This document shows positions 24,174-34,367 of a DNA stretch of 35,370 nt, in pieces. The stretch spans positions 1 to 35,370 of the IMG/VR virus record IMGVR_UViG_3300027804_000132, one strand, 5' to 3'. The stretch comes from a virus (lineage: Duplodnaviria; Caudoviricetes). The notes beneath the pieces were generated by a model. That model was not told the origin of the DNA, did not search any database, and saw only the letters and a list, made by a program, of their open reading frames with translations. Positions within the stretch are counted from its first letter, which is position 1. Every line of letters begins with the position of its first letter. Position numbers and translations under genes: made by a program.

Positions 24174-24538
24174 TGAAAGTCTGTTCTAAATGTAATCAGC
24201 TTAAAGAGTTAGACTTATTTAGTGACGACAAGCGACATTACGATAGTAAACAATCGTGGTGTCGTCCTTGTGGTTATTCTGCTAAAAAAGTAAAACGACT
24301 GGCTAATAAAGAAAAAGCTGTTGAATATAAAGGAGGATGTTGTAATAGATGTAAAGCGGTATTTGAGTGTTTAGATGTGTATGATTTTCATCATCTTAAC
24401 CCCAAATATAAAGAAAACAGCTTAAATAGATTAATGAATTCTACTTGGGATAAAATTATAATTGAGTTAGATAAGTGTGTTTTACTTTGTTCCAACTGCC
24501 ATAAAATTACTCATTGGGAATTGCGTAATCAGATTTAA
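24173..24538 (+). CDS. HNH endonuclease with N-terminal zinc finger
   Basis: KVCSKC...CRPC; GGCCNRC...DFHH...KCVLLCSNCHKITH. Confidence 0.85.
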   Translation: MKVCSKCNQLKELDLFSDDKRHYDSKQSWCRPCGYSAKKVKRLANKEKAVEYKGGCCNRCKAVFECLDVYDFHHLNPKYKENSLNRLMNSTWDKIIIELDKCVLLCSNCHKITHWELRNQI

Positions 24539-24558
24539 CCCCTAGGTCGTATCTTCAC

Positions 24559-24585
24559 AGCCCTCTTCGGAGGGCTTTTTTGTTT
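24559..24585 (+). terminator. Intrinsic terminator ending the early/replication arm
   Basis: AGCCCTC-TTCG-GAGGGCT followed by a T-run; lies at the convergence of the two arms. Confidence 0.9.
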
Positions 24586-24643
24586 CTGATAATGTACAAA
24601 ATGTTACAAAATGGTACTAACTACCTACAAAATGTATCGTATA

Positions 24644-25078
24644 TTACACAAAATTTTTAGTACCATTCTTATCAATAATTAGGGCTTGTCTACGAGGCTT
24701 GTCAGAAGTAGTGTTAGGAACGCTTATATGAGTCCAAGAGCCAAATTCTTCGATGATTTGGTCGTACCCTATATTGGCTTCAATGCACGCCTCTACGACC
24801 TGTTTAGGGGTCATTCCGGGGACTCTTATATCGGCTGCACAACCTATCCTATGTTGGCTAGTGTCCTTGCTACCGACAGAGTCATTGACTGGTTTAGACC
24901 TAAAGCCTGAGTTAATCAGGATAGGCTTGTTTAGGAGGGTTCTAACTTCTTCTAGCAAGGCTGCCAATCTAGTTAGATTAGCGACCTCAGTAGCATTAGG
25001 AGTATTGTCTAGGTTCTTACGCTCAGCTACTTCTGAGTGGGTTAGTTCTTCTAAGGTAAAGTTAGGGCTTAGGTTCAT
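24644..25078 (-). CDS. Endolysin, peptidase M15 family
   Basis: LSPNFTLEEL, INSGFRS, SQH...AAD, WTHIS Zn-peptidase motifs. Confidence 0.88.
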   Translation of the reverse strand: MNLSPNFTLEELTHSEVAERKNLDNTPNATEVANLTRLAALLEEVRTLLNKPILINSGFRSKPVNDSVGSKDTSQHRIGCAADIRVPGMTPKQVVEACIEANIGYDQIIEEFGSWTHISVPNTTSDKPRRQALIIDKNGTKNFV

Positions 25079-25475
25079 CTTTGCCTTTCTTCATATCCAT
25101 GATTTTCTCTAGCGTTCGCCCACCGAAGTAGAAGGACATAATCAACATTCCCCATTGACCTAGTAATTCAACATAGTTGTTGTTTACTTCTATGTCCCAC
25201 GCTGACATGGTAGCGAATGTTGAATAGACCAACAAGATAAACACTAGAGTCATCGGTCTTATATTCTTAGACAACCATGAGTCCGAAGCCATGTCAGCTT
25301 CTTGACGCTTAGTTAACTCTTGTGCCTCTATGTTATCGGCATTGAGTTCAGCTAACTTACCTTCTTGTTGCATTTGCAGTAGTTCTTTCTGAGCCTTCGC
25401 CTTAGCTTCAGGGTCAGGAATGAACTTATCTAGGACTTTCATCCCAACATCAAATAGTGCCATTAATGGTAACAT
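25062..25475 (-). CDS. Holin (3TM / GTA-holin-like)
   Basis: LDKFIPDP..KAKAQ, SWLSKNIRP, TM helices, FYFGGRTLEK; next to the endolysin. Confidence 0.8.
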   Translation of the reverse strand: MLPLMALFDVGMKVLDKFIPDPEAKAKAQKELLQMQQEGKLAELNADNIEAQELTKRQEADMASDSWLSKNIRPMTLVFILLVYSTFATMSAWDIEVNNNYVELLGQWGMLIMSFYFGGRTLEKIMDMKKGKDEPKP

Positions 25476-25927
25476 TATTGTTTAACTCCCCAAGTTAGAT
25501 ACCAAGCAATGACCGCAGCCACCGCATAGCACATGAACATTGCTCTACGAACCTTTGCCAAATCGTGTTTAAACTCTCTCGTAAGTTCATTGTCTTGTTT
25601 CTCTATCTTTTGTTTAATGGATTCGATTTCACTCCAGCGTTTAGCGCCATGCTTCTTAATGAAATCAGCTTTGACTTTAGCTTCCTCAATACGGATGGTT
25701 TCTTGGCGTTGCCATTCCATCATTGCTCTTTTGAAGTACTGCTCTTTAAAGACCTGTGTTTCTTTTATCTGCCGTCGACGCTCTAGGTCTTTCTGCTGTG
25801 CTACTGCTGCAGCGTCCTTCTGTACATCGACAATACTCTTAGTGATGGACTTACTAGCCTCACGACTAGCATCCATGCTACTGGTTACAGACTTCGCTCC
25901 TTCGAGAAACCCAAATTGGTCGGACAT
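25475..25927 (-). CDS. Coiled-coil protein with C-terminal TM helix (lysis-associated?)
   Basis: C-terminal AMFMCYAVAAVIAWYLTWG; TAATG coupling to the holin gene. Confidence 0.6.
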   Translation of the reverse strand: MSDQFGFLEGAKSVTSSMDASREASKSITKSIVDVQKDAAAVAQQKDLERRRQIKETQVFKEQYFKRAMMEWQRQETIRIEEAKVKADFIKKHGAKRWSEIESIKQKIEKQDNELTREFKHDLAKVRRAMFMCYAVAAVIAWYLTWGVKQ

Positions 25928-25943
25928 GGAATCATATTCTTAA

Positions 25944-28136
25944 TTATTGTTGGCTTTGTACAACCGCTGGTCTAATAATGATTGCTCTGCTAAAGGCATC
26001 TCTAGTTTCAGGAGTCAAGCGAGACATAAATGCAGTTACAATACTTTGCATTTTGTTTGTTGGGATTCCTTCAATAAATGCAGCTAGTTTAGGAGGGTCT
26101 AATAACATATCGGCAGCGTAGCGATTAATGTCGTCAGTTACATCTTTCTTGATTAACTTTAAAACAGTATTGGTAATCGTAGCGTAACGGTTAAGCAATT
26201 GTGGTAATTCATATGCTTGCTGTCCTGCAACCTTAGACATACTTGCTAATTCTTCTGATTTAGCTTTACGCTGTACATCCACTAATACTTTATTAATATC
26301 GCCAATTTGCTGTGGTGTTAATACATCTTCTAGTTTAGAAAAACGATTCTGTCCTGTTGACCGTTTAATAATGGAAGCTCCATTTTCAACAGCAGCAGCA
26401 AACTGTGCGGCTCTCTCTTTGTTTCCTAAAGGAGTTCCTAATTGCTTTTCCAGTGCCTGTGCAATTTGCATTTGATTAATCTTAGTAGACTCTTTCTGGA
26501 AAGTATCTAAGTATTTCTGCCAAGTTGAATTCTCTCTCTTAACTCCAGACTCACTTGCTTTTATGATAGCATTATCAATATAGTCTTTGACATTTTTCTC
26601 TAAGCCGCTAGTTAGTTTAGCATCCCAGTTTTGGGATTCCTGTGAAAACTTCTTAATGTCATTGCCGATTTCTTTACGAATTGTATACAAATCTCTTGAA
26701 TCAATAATTCCAGTAGCGGGGTCTGTTAGACGAGTTAATTTCTCTTTCAATGAACTAAATACATTAGTCACCACATCGGAAGCCCGTTCACCGGGTTTCT
26801 GAAGAATTGTATCTACATTATCAATAATAGACTGTACTCGTAAAGGATAAAAACCTTCATCAGCTAAACTTTGCAATTGAAACTTCTTAAACTCTGCTTC
26901 TGCCTGACGCTGAGCCGCAATGTTTTTAGATAGAGTTGAACCTTGTAGGTTTTCTACAATCCTATTGTAATTCTGACTATATTCTGGCGATACTCTAGGA
27001 TAGCCCGGTACAGGAAAGAACTCCCGTGATAACTGCTGTTGCTGCATTGCTTCTGTTTCTAGTTTACCGCCAACTTGCAATGCCCCTGCTTTACTTTTAA
27101 ACTTCTCAGCAATCTGCTGTTCTAATCTAGGAGCAACCTGCCCTGCAATATTTGCTTGAGATAATACATCTTCTCTTAATGGTTCTGTAACACGAGTTCT
27201 ATTTGCAATAGCCTCTAAAATGTCTTCTTCTGTACCGCCTGTTTTCTGTAGTACTTGCTGTCTTGCTGTTTGCTGTGCTACATCCCGTACAGCAAAATCA
27301 GCGGATATTCCTTTTTGTGGTGAGGTTTCTAATGCCTTCTGGTAGGCAGCTAATCCGGTAGCTGCTGGAATATCAGCAATTGCTTCGGCGGCTGTTGGTT
27401 TAGAGCCGGGAACAGTTTCAGGGGCGTTGCGTAATGCAGCAATAATCTTCTCAGGTTCTTTGCTGGCGAGTTCTTGGAGTCTTTCTTGTAGAATAGCTTT
27501 CTGACCAGTAGTGGTAAGAGGCTTTACAAACTCTTTAGAAATGTTATAAACACCTTTACCTAAATCAATACCGGAGCTTAGTAAACCTCCTAATACCGCA
27601 CCAAAACCAATTTGACTAATCTTCTCTGATAATAAATTCTTAGCATCTTCTGCAGGAGTTAGAGCGCCTAAAACAGCACCCTGTCCTGCATATTGAGCTG
27701 CTCTACCTGTTGTCGTTGCTGCGGTAGCTGCTGGTAAAAAGCGATTTAGAGGATTGACAATTGTCCCGACTACTTCACCAACATCTAATCCTTGACCACC
27801 AAGTTCTGTTCTTGCTTCTTTATATCGACTTAGTAAATCCTGAGTTCGTTCTGGAGCAACAAATTGTCCTACTGCTAATGCTGGATTTACGATTCCTTTT
27901 CCAATTCCTAGCAAAGTACGACCAATTGCTTTTTCTCTTTCAGAAGGAGCCTCACCACTGAAGCCTACATCTTCAGGTGAAGACGGAGCCATCTGCTCTG
28001 CAGTGTATTCTGTTTGGCGTGGTCTGGTTGGCTGTGCTGAAACACCTAAATAAGATTGAATCTTAGCAATCGCTTGTTCGTTTGACAATCCGTCTGGAAG
28101 GTCATAATGAACACCTTCGTATTGATATACTGGCAT
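25944..28136 (-). CDS. Internal virion / DNA ejection protein (large)
   Basis: 730 aa, helical, G/A-rich hydrophobic segment; third of three genes after the tail tube genes. Confidence 0.65.
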   Translation of the reverse strand: MPVYQYEGVHYDLPDGLSNEQAIAKIQSYLGVSAQPTRPRQTEYTAEQMAPSSPEDVGFSGEAPSEREKAIGRTLLGIGKGIVNPALAVGQFVAPERTQDLLSRYKEARTELGGQGLDVGEVVGTIVNPLNRFLPAATAATTTGRAAQYAGQGAVLGALTPAEDAKNLLSEKISQIGFGAVLGGLLSSGIDLGKGVYNISKEFVKPLTTTGQKAILQERLQELASKEPEKIIAALRNAPETVPGSKPTAAEAIADIPAATGLAAYQKALETSPQKGISADFAVRDVAQQTARQQVLQKTGGTEEDILEAIANRTRVTEPLREDVLSQANIAGQVAPRLEQQIAEKFKSKAGALQVGGKLETEAMQQQQLSREFFPVPGYPRVSPEYSQNYNRIVENLQGSTLSKNIAAQRQAEAEFKKFQLQSLADEGFYPLRVQSIIDNVDTILQKPGERASDVVTNVFSSLKEKLTRLTDPATGIIDSRDLYTIRKEIGNDIKKFSQESQNWDAKLTSGLEKNVKDYIDNAIIKASESGVKRENSTWQKYLDTFQKESTKINQMQIAQALEKQLGTPLGNKERAAQFAAAVENGASIIKRSTGQNRFSKLEDVLTPQQIGDINKVLVDVQRKAKSEELASMSKVAGQQAYELPQLLNRYATITNTVLKLIKKDVTDDINRYAADMLLDPPKLAAFIEGIPTNKMQSIVTAFMSRLTPETRDAFSRAIIIRPAVVQSQQ

Positions 28137-28144
28137 AATTGTCC

Positions 28145-29161
28145 TTATTTTAACACTATTGGATTAGCGGCTGTACCTTGTTTACCAGCCTCCGGCGTTG
28201 TTCCGGTTGGTGTTGCTTTTCCTGATTTACGAACAGTGTCTCTCCAATTAGAATAATGGAATTCTATTTTATCTAATGCTTCTTTTAATTGAGTAGGACT
28301 TTGGTCTTGGTCTAATGAAGCAATTGTAGATTGTAACGCAATTAATTCCTGAACCGCAACTTGACCCAAAGCACCACCAGTTGGAGACGCATCACGCATT
28401 TGTTGCAGTCTATCGAATCCTAAGTTAGCCTTAATAGTATTCAGACGCTTAGATAAGTCTTTTGCACTAGTTAATGGAACAACCGACAAAAGCGAACCAG
28501 CGCCAGCTGTGAATCCTGATACCATATTTTTAGCTTCTTTAACTTCGTTAATAACTCTATCAGCAGCACCAATCGCCATATCAGCAGCTTGTTGTTGTTT
28601 ATCTAGTTTTTCTTGTCTCTTTTCGTCCGCAGTGTCTCGTCTAATATTTATGAGTTCTTGTTTATACTCAGCATTTATACGAGCTATTTCTTTCTGGTCA
28701 GCTCCTCGTTGTCTTGCTTGTTCTAACAATGCATCATTTCGTTCACGAGCAATTTGAATCTGTGTATCACGAGTTGCTTGTCGCTCGTCTATTTTAGTTC
28801 TAATTTCCAATGCTTTTTTAGCAAGTGCATCAGCAATATCAGGACGACCAGCAGCAGTTGCCTGTTGTGCGCCTTTTGTCAGAGACTCAAGGTCTGTAAA
28901 GTCAACACCACTTAATAACTGCTGTTGTTGAGATACACGCTGCATTAATGGGTCTTCGACACCAAACACACCTCCTAGTTCTCTGATTCCTCTAGCGCCC
29001 ATAACATTAGCACCTAAGACAGAGCCTAAACCGGGTTGTTGTCCTTCTGCAGTAGCAACCTTGCTTGCAAAATCTAGCATTTGTTGTTCACGGGCAATGT
29101 TCAGAGCTTCAGGAGAAGCCCCAAATAGACCACCTACAATACTATCAAACTGTTGTGCCAT
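28145..29161 (-). CDS. Internal virion / ejection protein
   Basis: Q/A-rich coiled coil; ANLGFDRLQQMRDASPTGGALGQV motif; C-terminal GTAANPIVLK. Confidence 0.65.
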   Translation of the reverse strand: MAQQFDSIVGGLFGASPEALNIAREQQMLDFASKVATAEGQQPGLGSVLGANVMGARGIRELGGVFGVEDPLMQRVSQQQQLLSGVDFTDLESLTKGAQQATAAGRPDIADALAKKALEIRTKIDERQATRDTQIQIARERNDALLEQARQRGADQKEIARINAEYKQELINIRRDTADEKRQEKLDKQQQAADMAIGAADRVINEVKEAKNMVSGFTAGAGSLLSVVPLTSAKDLSKRLNTIKANLGFDRLQQMRDASPTGGALGQVAVQELIALQSTIASLDQDQSPTQLKEALDKIEFHYSNWRDTVRKSGKATPTGTTPEAGKQGTAANPIVLK

Positions 29162-29170
29162 GATTATTCC

Positions 29171-31045
29171 TTATGCTAACCAATTCTGAATTGCTGGGAT
29201 TTGGCTAAAGATACCGCCAACAGTATTACCTACCCCAGTTGCTACTTGTCCTAACTGATTGTAAGTACCCTGCATTGCTGCATTACCTAATAATGAACCC
29301 TCAGCAGCTAGTTGAGCAGCTTGTCGTTGTCCTGTCAATCCAAGTTGACCAGCGTATGCACCAGAAGCTGCTTGAGCTTTTGCTAAGTCTGTTGACAATG
29401 CTAATGGTTTCTGAGCCATTGCTTCTAAAGTACCTGCTTGCCCAAACAATCCTGTTCCTGTAGCAATTTGCTGATTCAGTAGATTCTGAGCATAAGTAGG
29501 TGCGTTAGCACGCAAAACAGCATCTTCTCTAGCGAGTGCATTATAGTATGCAGCCATCTCAGGATTTGTAGCCATCAAGCCAGCAGCATTGGGAGCATAA
29601 CCAGCAACAGTGCCACCAGTAGCAAGACCAGTAGTACCACGCTGATATTGACGATTACGCAATTGTGCTAATTGTTGCTCACGGCTTGGTGCTAATAATC
29701 CTTGTTGCTGTGCAATATACTGTTCCTGTATTGCTTGTGTGTCTGCAGTTGTGGGCAACGCTTGTGCGCCTAGACTGAACAAACGCTGACGCTGTGCAGC
29801 GACTTCAGGAGTCTCGGTATATCCAGCAGATATTAACTGACCTGTAGTTGGGTCTACTTGGAATTGTGACTGACCAAAAGCAGTAGTGATACCAATAGGT
29901 TTAAATGTAGCTTGTTGTTGCGCTCTAGCGGCAGCCTGTGCCACTTGTTGCGACTGTTGGTTATAAGCATTCTGAATTGCTTGGCGTTGTTGACTAGACA
30001 AATACGCATTAACACCACCGCCGAGTAAACCACCTAAACCCGTATTTCCAGTCGCTCCGCCTTGTCCTGCTGGACGGTTACCGCCACCAAGTAATGATTT
30101 AACTGCTTGTGTTCCAAGCTGTTTAACAATATTTAATGCCGTGTTTGTATCCGTACCGTCCCGACTCGCAATCACAGCAGCAAGCTGAGTGTCGGACATA
30201 TTTTCGTATGGGTTTGCTGGAGCTGCTCCTCCGTAGAAACCTCCATCTTGAGCTTCTACATCCCCTAAGTTTAATGGTGGATTAACAAACGCTAATCCAG
30301 CATCGGCATTATTACCGAATATGTCATAAAAATTCTCATCCATACCTGTAGTTCCTGTAGTTATTCCTGCTGCTTGTAACTCCGCTTGTGTTAATGGTCT
30401 ATTCGGTATAATATCACCGCTATTAATAGCATTTTGCCATGCTTGATAAGTAGGGTCAACACCAACATCGGATGTTGTTCCTGAAGTATTACTCGCTACT
30501 ACATTGCTTGGCACTGTTGATGGGGTAAACAGATTACCGACAGCATCAACTCCATAGTTTACGCCTTGTGTAATACCAGCATTGGTAACACCAGACAACA
30601 AACCTGTTACTGGGTCTCTTCCAGACAACACAGCACTTGTTGCACCAGATGTTCCGCCTTGTGCTAAGTTACCGGCTAACTGTGAACCTGTTTCACCCGC
30701 AACAGCACCACCTACTTCACCACCAACTTGACCTGCAACATACGAAACAGCAGCATCTCTAGCGATGTCTTCAATGTCATTACCTTGTGCTGCTGAAATA
30801 CCAGCACTTGCTACGGCACTTCCTAAAGGACCACCAACATAGTATGCACCAAGTTTAATAGCAGTGTTAACTGGGTCATCAATAACTGGTTGTATGACTG
30901 CATTGTCAATGATTTCACCAGCATCGCCGATGAATTCACCAACATCTTCGACAGCACCTAATAGACCACCATCACCACCTGAAGTACCTAGTACATCAGA
31001 AATGGGGTCTGTTATCGCTGATACAAATCCGCCTCCGCCACCCAT
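29171..31045 (-). CDS. Internal virion / ejection (pilot-like) protein
   Basis: G/A-rich N-terminus and Q-rich C-terminal half; position in the core-protein module. Confidence 0.6.
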   Translation of the reverse strand: MGGGGGFVSAITDPISDVLGTSGGDGGLLGAVEDVGEFIGDAGEIIDNAVIQPVIDDPVNTAIKLGAYYVGGPLGSAVASAGISAAQGNDIEDIARDAAVSYVAGQVGGEVGGAVAGETGSQLAGNLAQGGTSGATSAVLSGRDPVTGLLSGVTNAGITQGVNYGVDAVGNLFTPSTVPSNVVASNTSGTTSDVGVDPTYQAWQNAINSGDIIPNRPLTQAELQAAGITTGTTGMDENFYDIFGNNADAGLAFVNPPLNLGDVEAQDGGFYGGAAPANPYENMSDTQLAAVIASRDGTDTNTALNIVKQLGTQAVKSLLGGGNRPAGQGGATGNTGLGGLLGGGVNAYLSSQQRQAIQNAYNQQSQQVAQAAARAQQQATFKPIGITTAFGQSQFQVDPTTGQLISAGYTETPEVAAQRQRLFSLGAQALPTTADTQAIQEQYIAQQQGLLAPSREQQLAQLRNRQYQRGTTGLATGGTVAGYAPNAAGLMATNPEMAAYYNALAREDAVLRANAPTYAQNLLNQQIATGTGLFGQAGTLEAMAQKPLALSTDLAKAQAASGAYAGQLGLTGQRQAAQLAAEGSLLGNAAMQGTYNQLGQVATGVGNTVGGIFSQIPAIQNWLA

Positions 31046-31443
31046 TATTTAATCTCCAGTGACCATGCAAACGACTTACCCTTCTTCTTTACTTCTACAG
31101 GTAAGTTCATCTTTTGCATCATTGTTATTAGTTTGTAGTTATCAGTTTCAGATACTAACTTCTTTATTCCAGCTTTCTTGACTGCATCAATACCAACCTT
31201 CATTGCACCAAGAAGCATATTAGGAGTGTCTACTGTATACATATGCACTTCTAATACACCCGGCTCTTTCCGAATACCGATAAACACAGTGTTATTGTGT
31301 CGTACAACAACAGCTTTGTTTTGTTGAATCATAATGGCTAAGCTCTTGAAGAACTTCTCTTCTTGTTTGCTTAGACCACCACGCTCTAGGTCTTTACGGA
31401 TAATCTCCGTAGCAGACATCTGTTTGTCGATAATCTGTGCCAT
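31045..31443 (-). CDS. Hypothetical protein, possibly GNAT-fold (T7 gp13 position)
   Basis: 132 aa alpha/beta with LEVHMY; lies between tail and ejection genes. Confidence 0.5.
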   Translation of the reverse strand: MAQIIDKQMSATEIIRKDLERGGLSKQEEKFFKSLAIMIQQNKAVVVRHNNTVFIGIRKEPGVLEVHMYTVDTPNMLLGAMKVGIDAVKKAGIKKLVSETDNYKLITMMQKMNLPVEVKKKGKSFAWSLEIK

Positions 31444-31445
31444 GA

Positions 31446-31715
31446 TTAGAATGTACCGCCATCCACTGAAGCAGCAGTTAATGCGCCTGTAACATTTAAT
31501 GTACCTGCAATGGTCTGATTACCTGTAACAGCTACTGTAACAGCCGTTAGCGTACCAGTAAAGGTTGGAGACGCTAAATCAGCCTTACTGTTCACTGCAG
31601 TTTGAATCGCTGCAAACTCAGTATTAATCTCTGAGCCACGAACTAGTTTAGATGGATTACCAGACGCTAGGGCATCTTTGGATGCGAAGTCTGTTGCTTT
31701 TGTGTAATTACTCAT
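31446..31715 (-). CDS. Small tail structural protein (needle/plug-like)
   Basis: EINTEFAAIQTAVNSKADLASPTFTGT; C-terminal VDGGTF. Confidence 0.55.
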   Translation of the reverse strand: MSNYTKATDFASKDALASGNPSKLVRGSEINTEFAAIQTAVNSKADLASPTFTGTLTAVTVAVTGNQTIAGTLNVTGALTAASVDGGTF

Positions 31716-33325
31716 AGTGTTTTCCCGCCTTTAACAAAGACATCTACCTTTTGGATAGACACTGCATTATCATCAATATCTGTTTCAAATCCGAACTGTA
31801 ATACTTTACCTGTGCCACCAGCATTTAAGTTTAAGTTAAATATAATAATGCTACCAGAATAGTTACCAATATTATACTCTCCAATACCATACTCTGCAAT
31901 CGTTGTTGGGTCTACAGTAATGGTAGAAGACTGATATGACTTCTTAAAATCAAAGTCCCACTTCAGGGTAATATCTTGGTTCTGTGCGCCCAAGACAAGC
32001 ATTTCTACTTTCTTTAGGATTTTGGATACAGTTGGTTGCTGGAAGTCAAAGTAGCTGGAATAGTAAACCATGCGGTAAGTGCTGCCATTATCATTGTATC
32101 CGTTATACAACCCAACATATCCCGCTTTCCCGATAAGAAATTGTCTGTTTGCAGTTGTGCAAAACGCTGTAGGTGTGATATTAGTCCAAGTTGTTGTTCT
32201 AGCAGACCCATCTGGTAATGCTCCTCTCATATCAAAACAATAAGCAATATCATCTTCTGAAAAGGACAGAATATATGCTGCTTCAATACTGGAATACCCC
32301 GACTTAATAGTCTTTAAATCTGAAGTATTCGTTAAACTTTCTAATAACTCATCTCGAACATTCTTAGAAATATCACGCATAGGCATGGATTTTTCTTGAA
32401 TGGTTCTTGTAAAACTTCTAACACCAGTTGCTGATAAAAAGACAACATCAGTTCCTGTGTTCTGTACGGAATCTCTAGACACACAACCAATACCATTAAC
32501 AATGTCAGCTAGTGCCATACTGGCAGGGTCTTGCGCTGAACTATAAACAACAACATGGTTTTCACAGAATATAATCAAGAAACCATTGTGAGACGCTAAT
32601 GCAACAATAGGGTCGCCATCTCCAACCACTTCAGCAATATTTAAAGCACCCGATGTTCCTGTTTGGAAGTTTAATGGGTCAGTTAAATCGCTAAAGTAAA
32701 CAGTTTGTCTATCTCCAGCAATGTCTGCAGTCCAGATTCTGCCGTATGCGGCAAGACACACATTCGGAGTAAAAGTGCTGCTTGTGTGTGCAATTGGGTT
32801 CACAGGCAATGTTGCTACATCGGCAAGTATCTTAAACACATAAGAACTCGTCACTGCAGAATAACTAAAATACAGTGCTTTATGGTCTGCCTGAGTAATG
32901 ATAGCTCTTGCTCTAGCATTCGTTACATCTGGTAAAGATGCTACTTGCCAATGACTGTCGTTAATGGTGTAAGTTGCATTAGCTGTGTCACCGCTATTAC
33001 GAACTAACTTCTGTGCTAATGCAGAACCAGTAGACAAGAATAACTTATTGTTACCAGCAGCAAATAACTGATTATTATTTGTAGTCGGCGATAGCATCTC
33101 CGCAATTGTTTTAACTGTGGCAGTGCCTAAATCAGCATTAGTAGGGAGGTATGTAGTCCATCCTTTTCTAGCACCGATACGACCAAACTTGTCAATAATG
33201 CAGTTGTTTGCCTCAAGAGCAAAGCCAGCCTCTAGCGAAGTAGGAGCATCCTGAAGATTTAGTCCTGCAAAGCCCGGTGCTGATATAGAAGATGTAACAA
33301 TTTGCTTGCTCAACTTGGAACCCAA
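31712..33325 (-). CDS. Tail tubular protein B / nozzle (DNA stabilisation protein)
   Basis: Beta-rich 537 aa; GFAGLN, GRIGARKG, VYFSD, IGCVSRDSVQ..GTDVVFLS; start may be TTG 33313. Confidence 0.75.
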   Translation of the reverse strand: MGSKLSKQIVTSSISAPGFAGLNLQDAPTSLEAGFALEANNCIIDKFGRIGARKGWTTYLPTNADLGTATVKTIAEMLSPTTNNNQLFAAGNNKLFLSTGSALAQKLVRNSGDTANATYTINDSHWQVASLPDVTNARARAIITQADHKALYFSYSAVTSSYVFKILADVATLPVNPIAHTSSTFTPNVCLAAYGRIWTADIAGDRQTVYFSDLTDPLNFQTGTSGALNIAEVVGDGDPIVALASHNGFLIIFCENHVVVYSSAQDPASMALADIVNGIGCVSRDSVQNTGTDVVFLSATGVRSFTRTIQEKSMPMRDISKNVRDELLESLTNTSDLKTIKSGYSSIEAAYILSFSEDDIAYCFDMRGALPDGSARTTTWTNITPTAFCTTANRQFLIGKAGYVGLYNGYNDNGSTYRMVYYSSYFDFQQPTVSKILKKVEMLVLGAQNQDITLKWDFDFKKSYQSSTITVDPTTIAEYGIGEYNIGNYSGSIIIFNLNLNAGGTGKVLQFGFETDIDDNAVSIQKVDVFVKGGKTL

Positions 33326-33966
33326 TTAGTGTCTTCAACATAACGATTAGATTCTAGCGATATGTAATCAGCCATTAAGTTACGAGCTAAAGCATAGGCT
33401 TCAGAAGAAGCAAGACCGCCATCTTCGCCACGCTCAACTACTGCTCTTGCATAGGCATTTAGAATAACAATATCAGCAGGTACTTTAATAATCGTATTGT
33501 CAGATGTTAGTGTTGGCTGTGGCAATATAACATTGAATCGTAAGGTATATGCAGTATCAGGAATCGGAAAGACATCAACTAAAGTGTCTCCGTTAGCATC
33601 TTGACCATTAAAGTTATAATACTGTGGTGCGCCTTTTTGTGGACTCGTAGGTAAAAATTGTTGTGTCATGTAAGACACTGGTGCTAATCGTAAGAATGTA
33701 TCAGAGGTGTCGTTAATGACATTTAAGACACGAAACCGCACACCAGAGCCAGTTAAGACATAACTAAATATATCAACAGTAGTGGTTGCTGTCAAAGTTT
33801 CTGACAGAGCATTCCAGCCATAAGCAGCTTCGACAGACGATTTAGCATCATTGACTAATTCGCCAATCATCTTGCTATAAGCTGTCTCATTAACAGTCGA
33901 TACTTCGTTCTCTCGTAAGCGACGAAGAACGCTATTGACTGCTTGTAAATATGTTGTAGTTGCCAT
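33310..33966 (-). CDS. Tail tubular protein A / head-tail adaptor
   Basis: TYLQAVNSVLRRLRE, GAPQYY, FPIPDTAYTL; directly upstream of tube B. Confidence 0.8.
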   Translation of the reverse strand: MATTTYLQAVNSVLRRLRENEVSTVNETAYSKMIGELVNDAKSSVEAAYGWNALSETLTATTTVDIFSYVLTGSGVRFRVLNVINDTSDTFLRLAPVSYMTQQFLPTSPQKGAPQYYNFNGQDANGDTLVDVFPIPDTAYTLRFNVILPQPTLTSDNTIIKVPADIVILNAYARAVVERGEDGGLASSEAYALARNLMADYISLESNRYVEDTNWVPS

Positions 33967-34212
33967 TTAGCAATCCCATTTCTTTAGTGCTAATGCTTTT
34001 CTTGTTGGTCTACCTTTTTCGTCCTTCATTGGACCTTTAACACCGCCCATCCTTGCACAAAAAGACTTACGCCTTTTAGCTGCTTTAGGGGACTTTGCAG
34101 CCGCTTTAGCCGAAACTGGAGGTTTTAGGTTAGCTCCTTCAGTTCGCTTGAAATAAGCCCTTCCTTTGGCGTTTAAACCACCTTCAGGATTCTGGTATTC
34201 CTTCTTAGGCAT
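33967..34212 (-). CDS. Small highly basic protein (81 aa)
   Basis: GGLNAKGRA...RRKSFCARM...ALKKWDC. Confidence 0.75.
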   Translation of the reverse strand: MPKKEYQNPEGGLNAKGRAYFKRTEGANLKPPVSAKAAAKSPKAAKRRKSFCARMGGVKGPMKDEKGRPTRKALALKKWDC

Positions 34213-34367
34213 TATTTCTTCTTTTTAGCTGTTTTAGCAGCGTCTTTAAAGTCCTGCGCCGAAGGTGCGCCTTTGCTGCCTACCTTACGCATCTTCTCGC
34301 CTGAGCCAGCCTTGATACGACGACGCTTGGCTGCGATATTGGCATAGAGACCCGGCTTAGTAGCCAC
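34212..34367 (-). CDS. Lys/Arg-rich mini-protein (51 aa)
   Basis: Not in track; GTG with GGAG RBS; MATKPGLYANIAAKRRRIKAGSGEKMRKVGSKGAPSAQDFKDAAKTAKKKK. Confidence 0.7.
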   Translation of the reverse strand: MATKPGLYANIAAKRRRIKAGSGEKMRKVGSKGAPSAQDFKDAAKTAKKKK

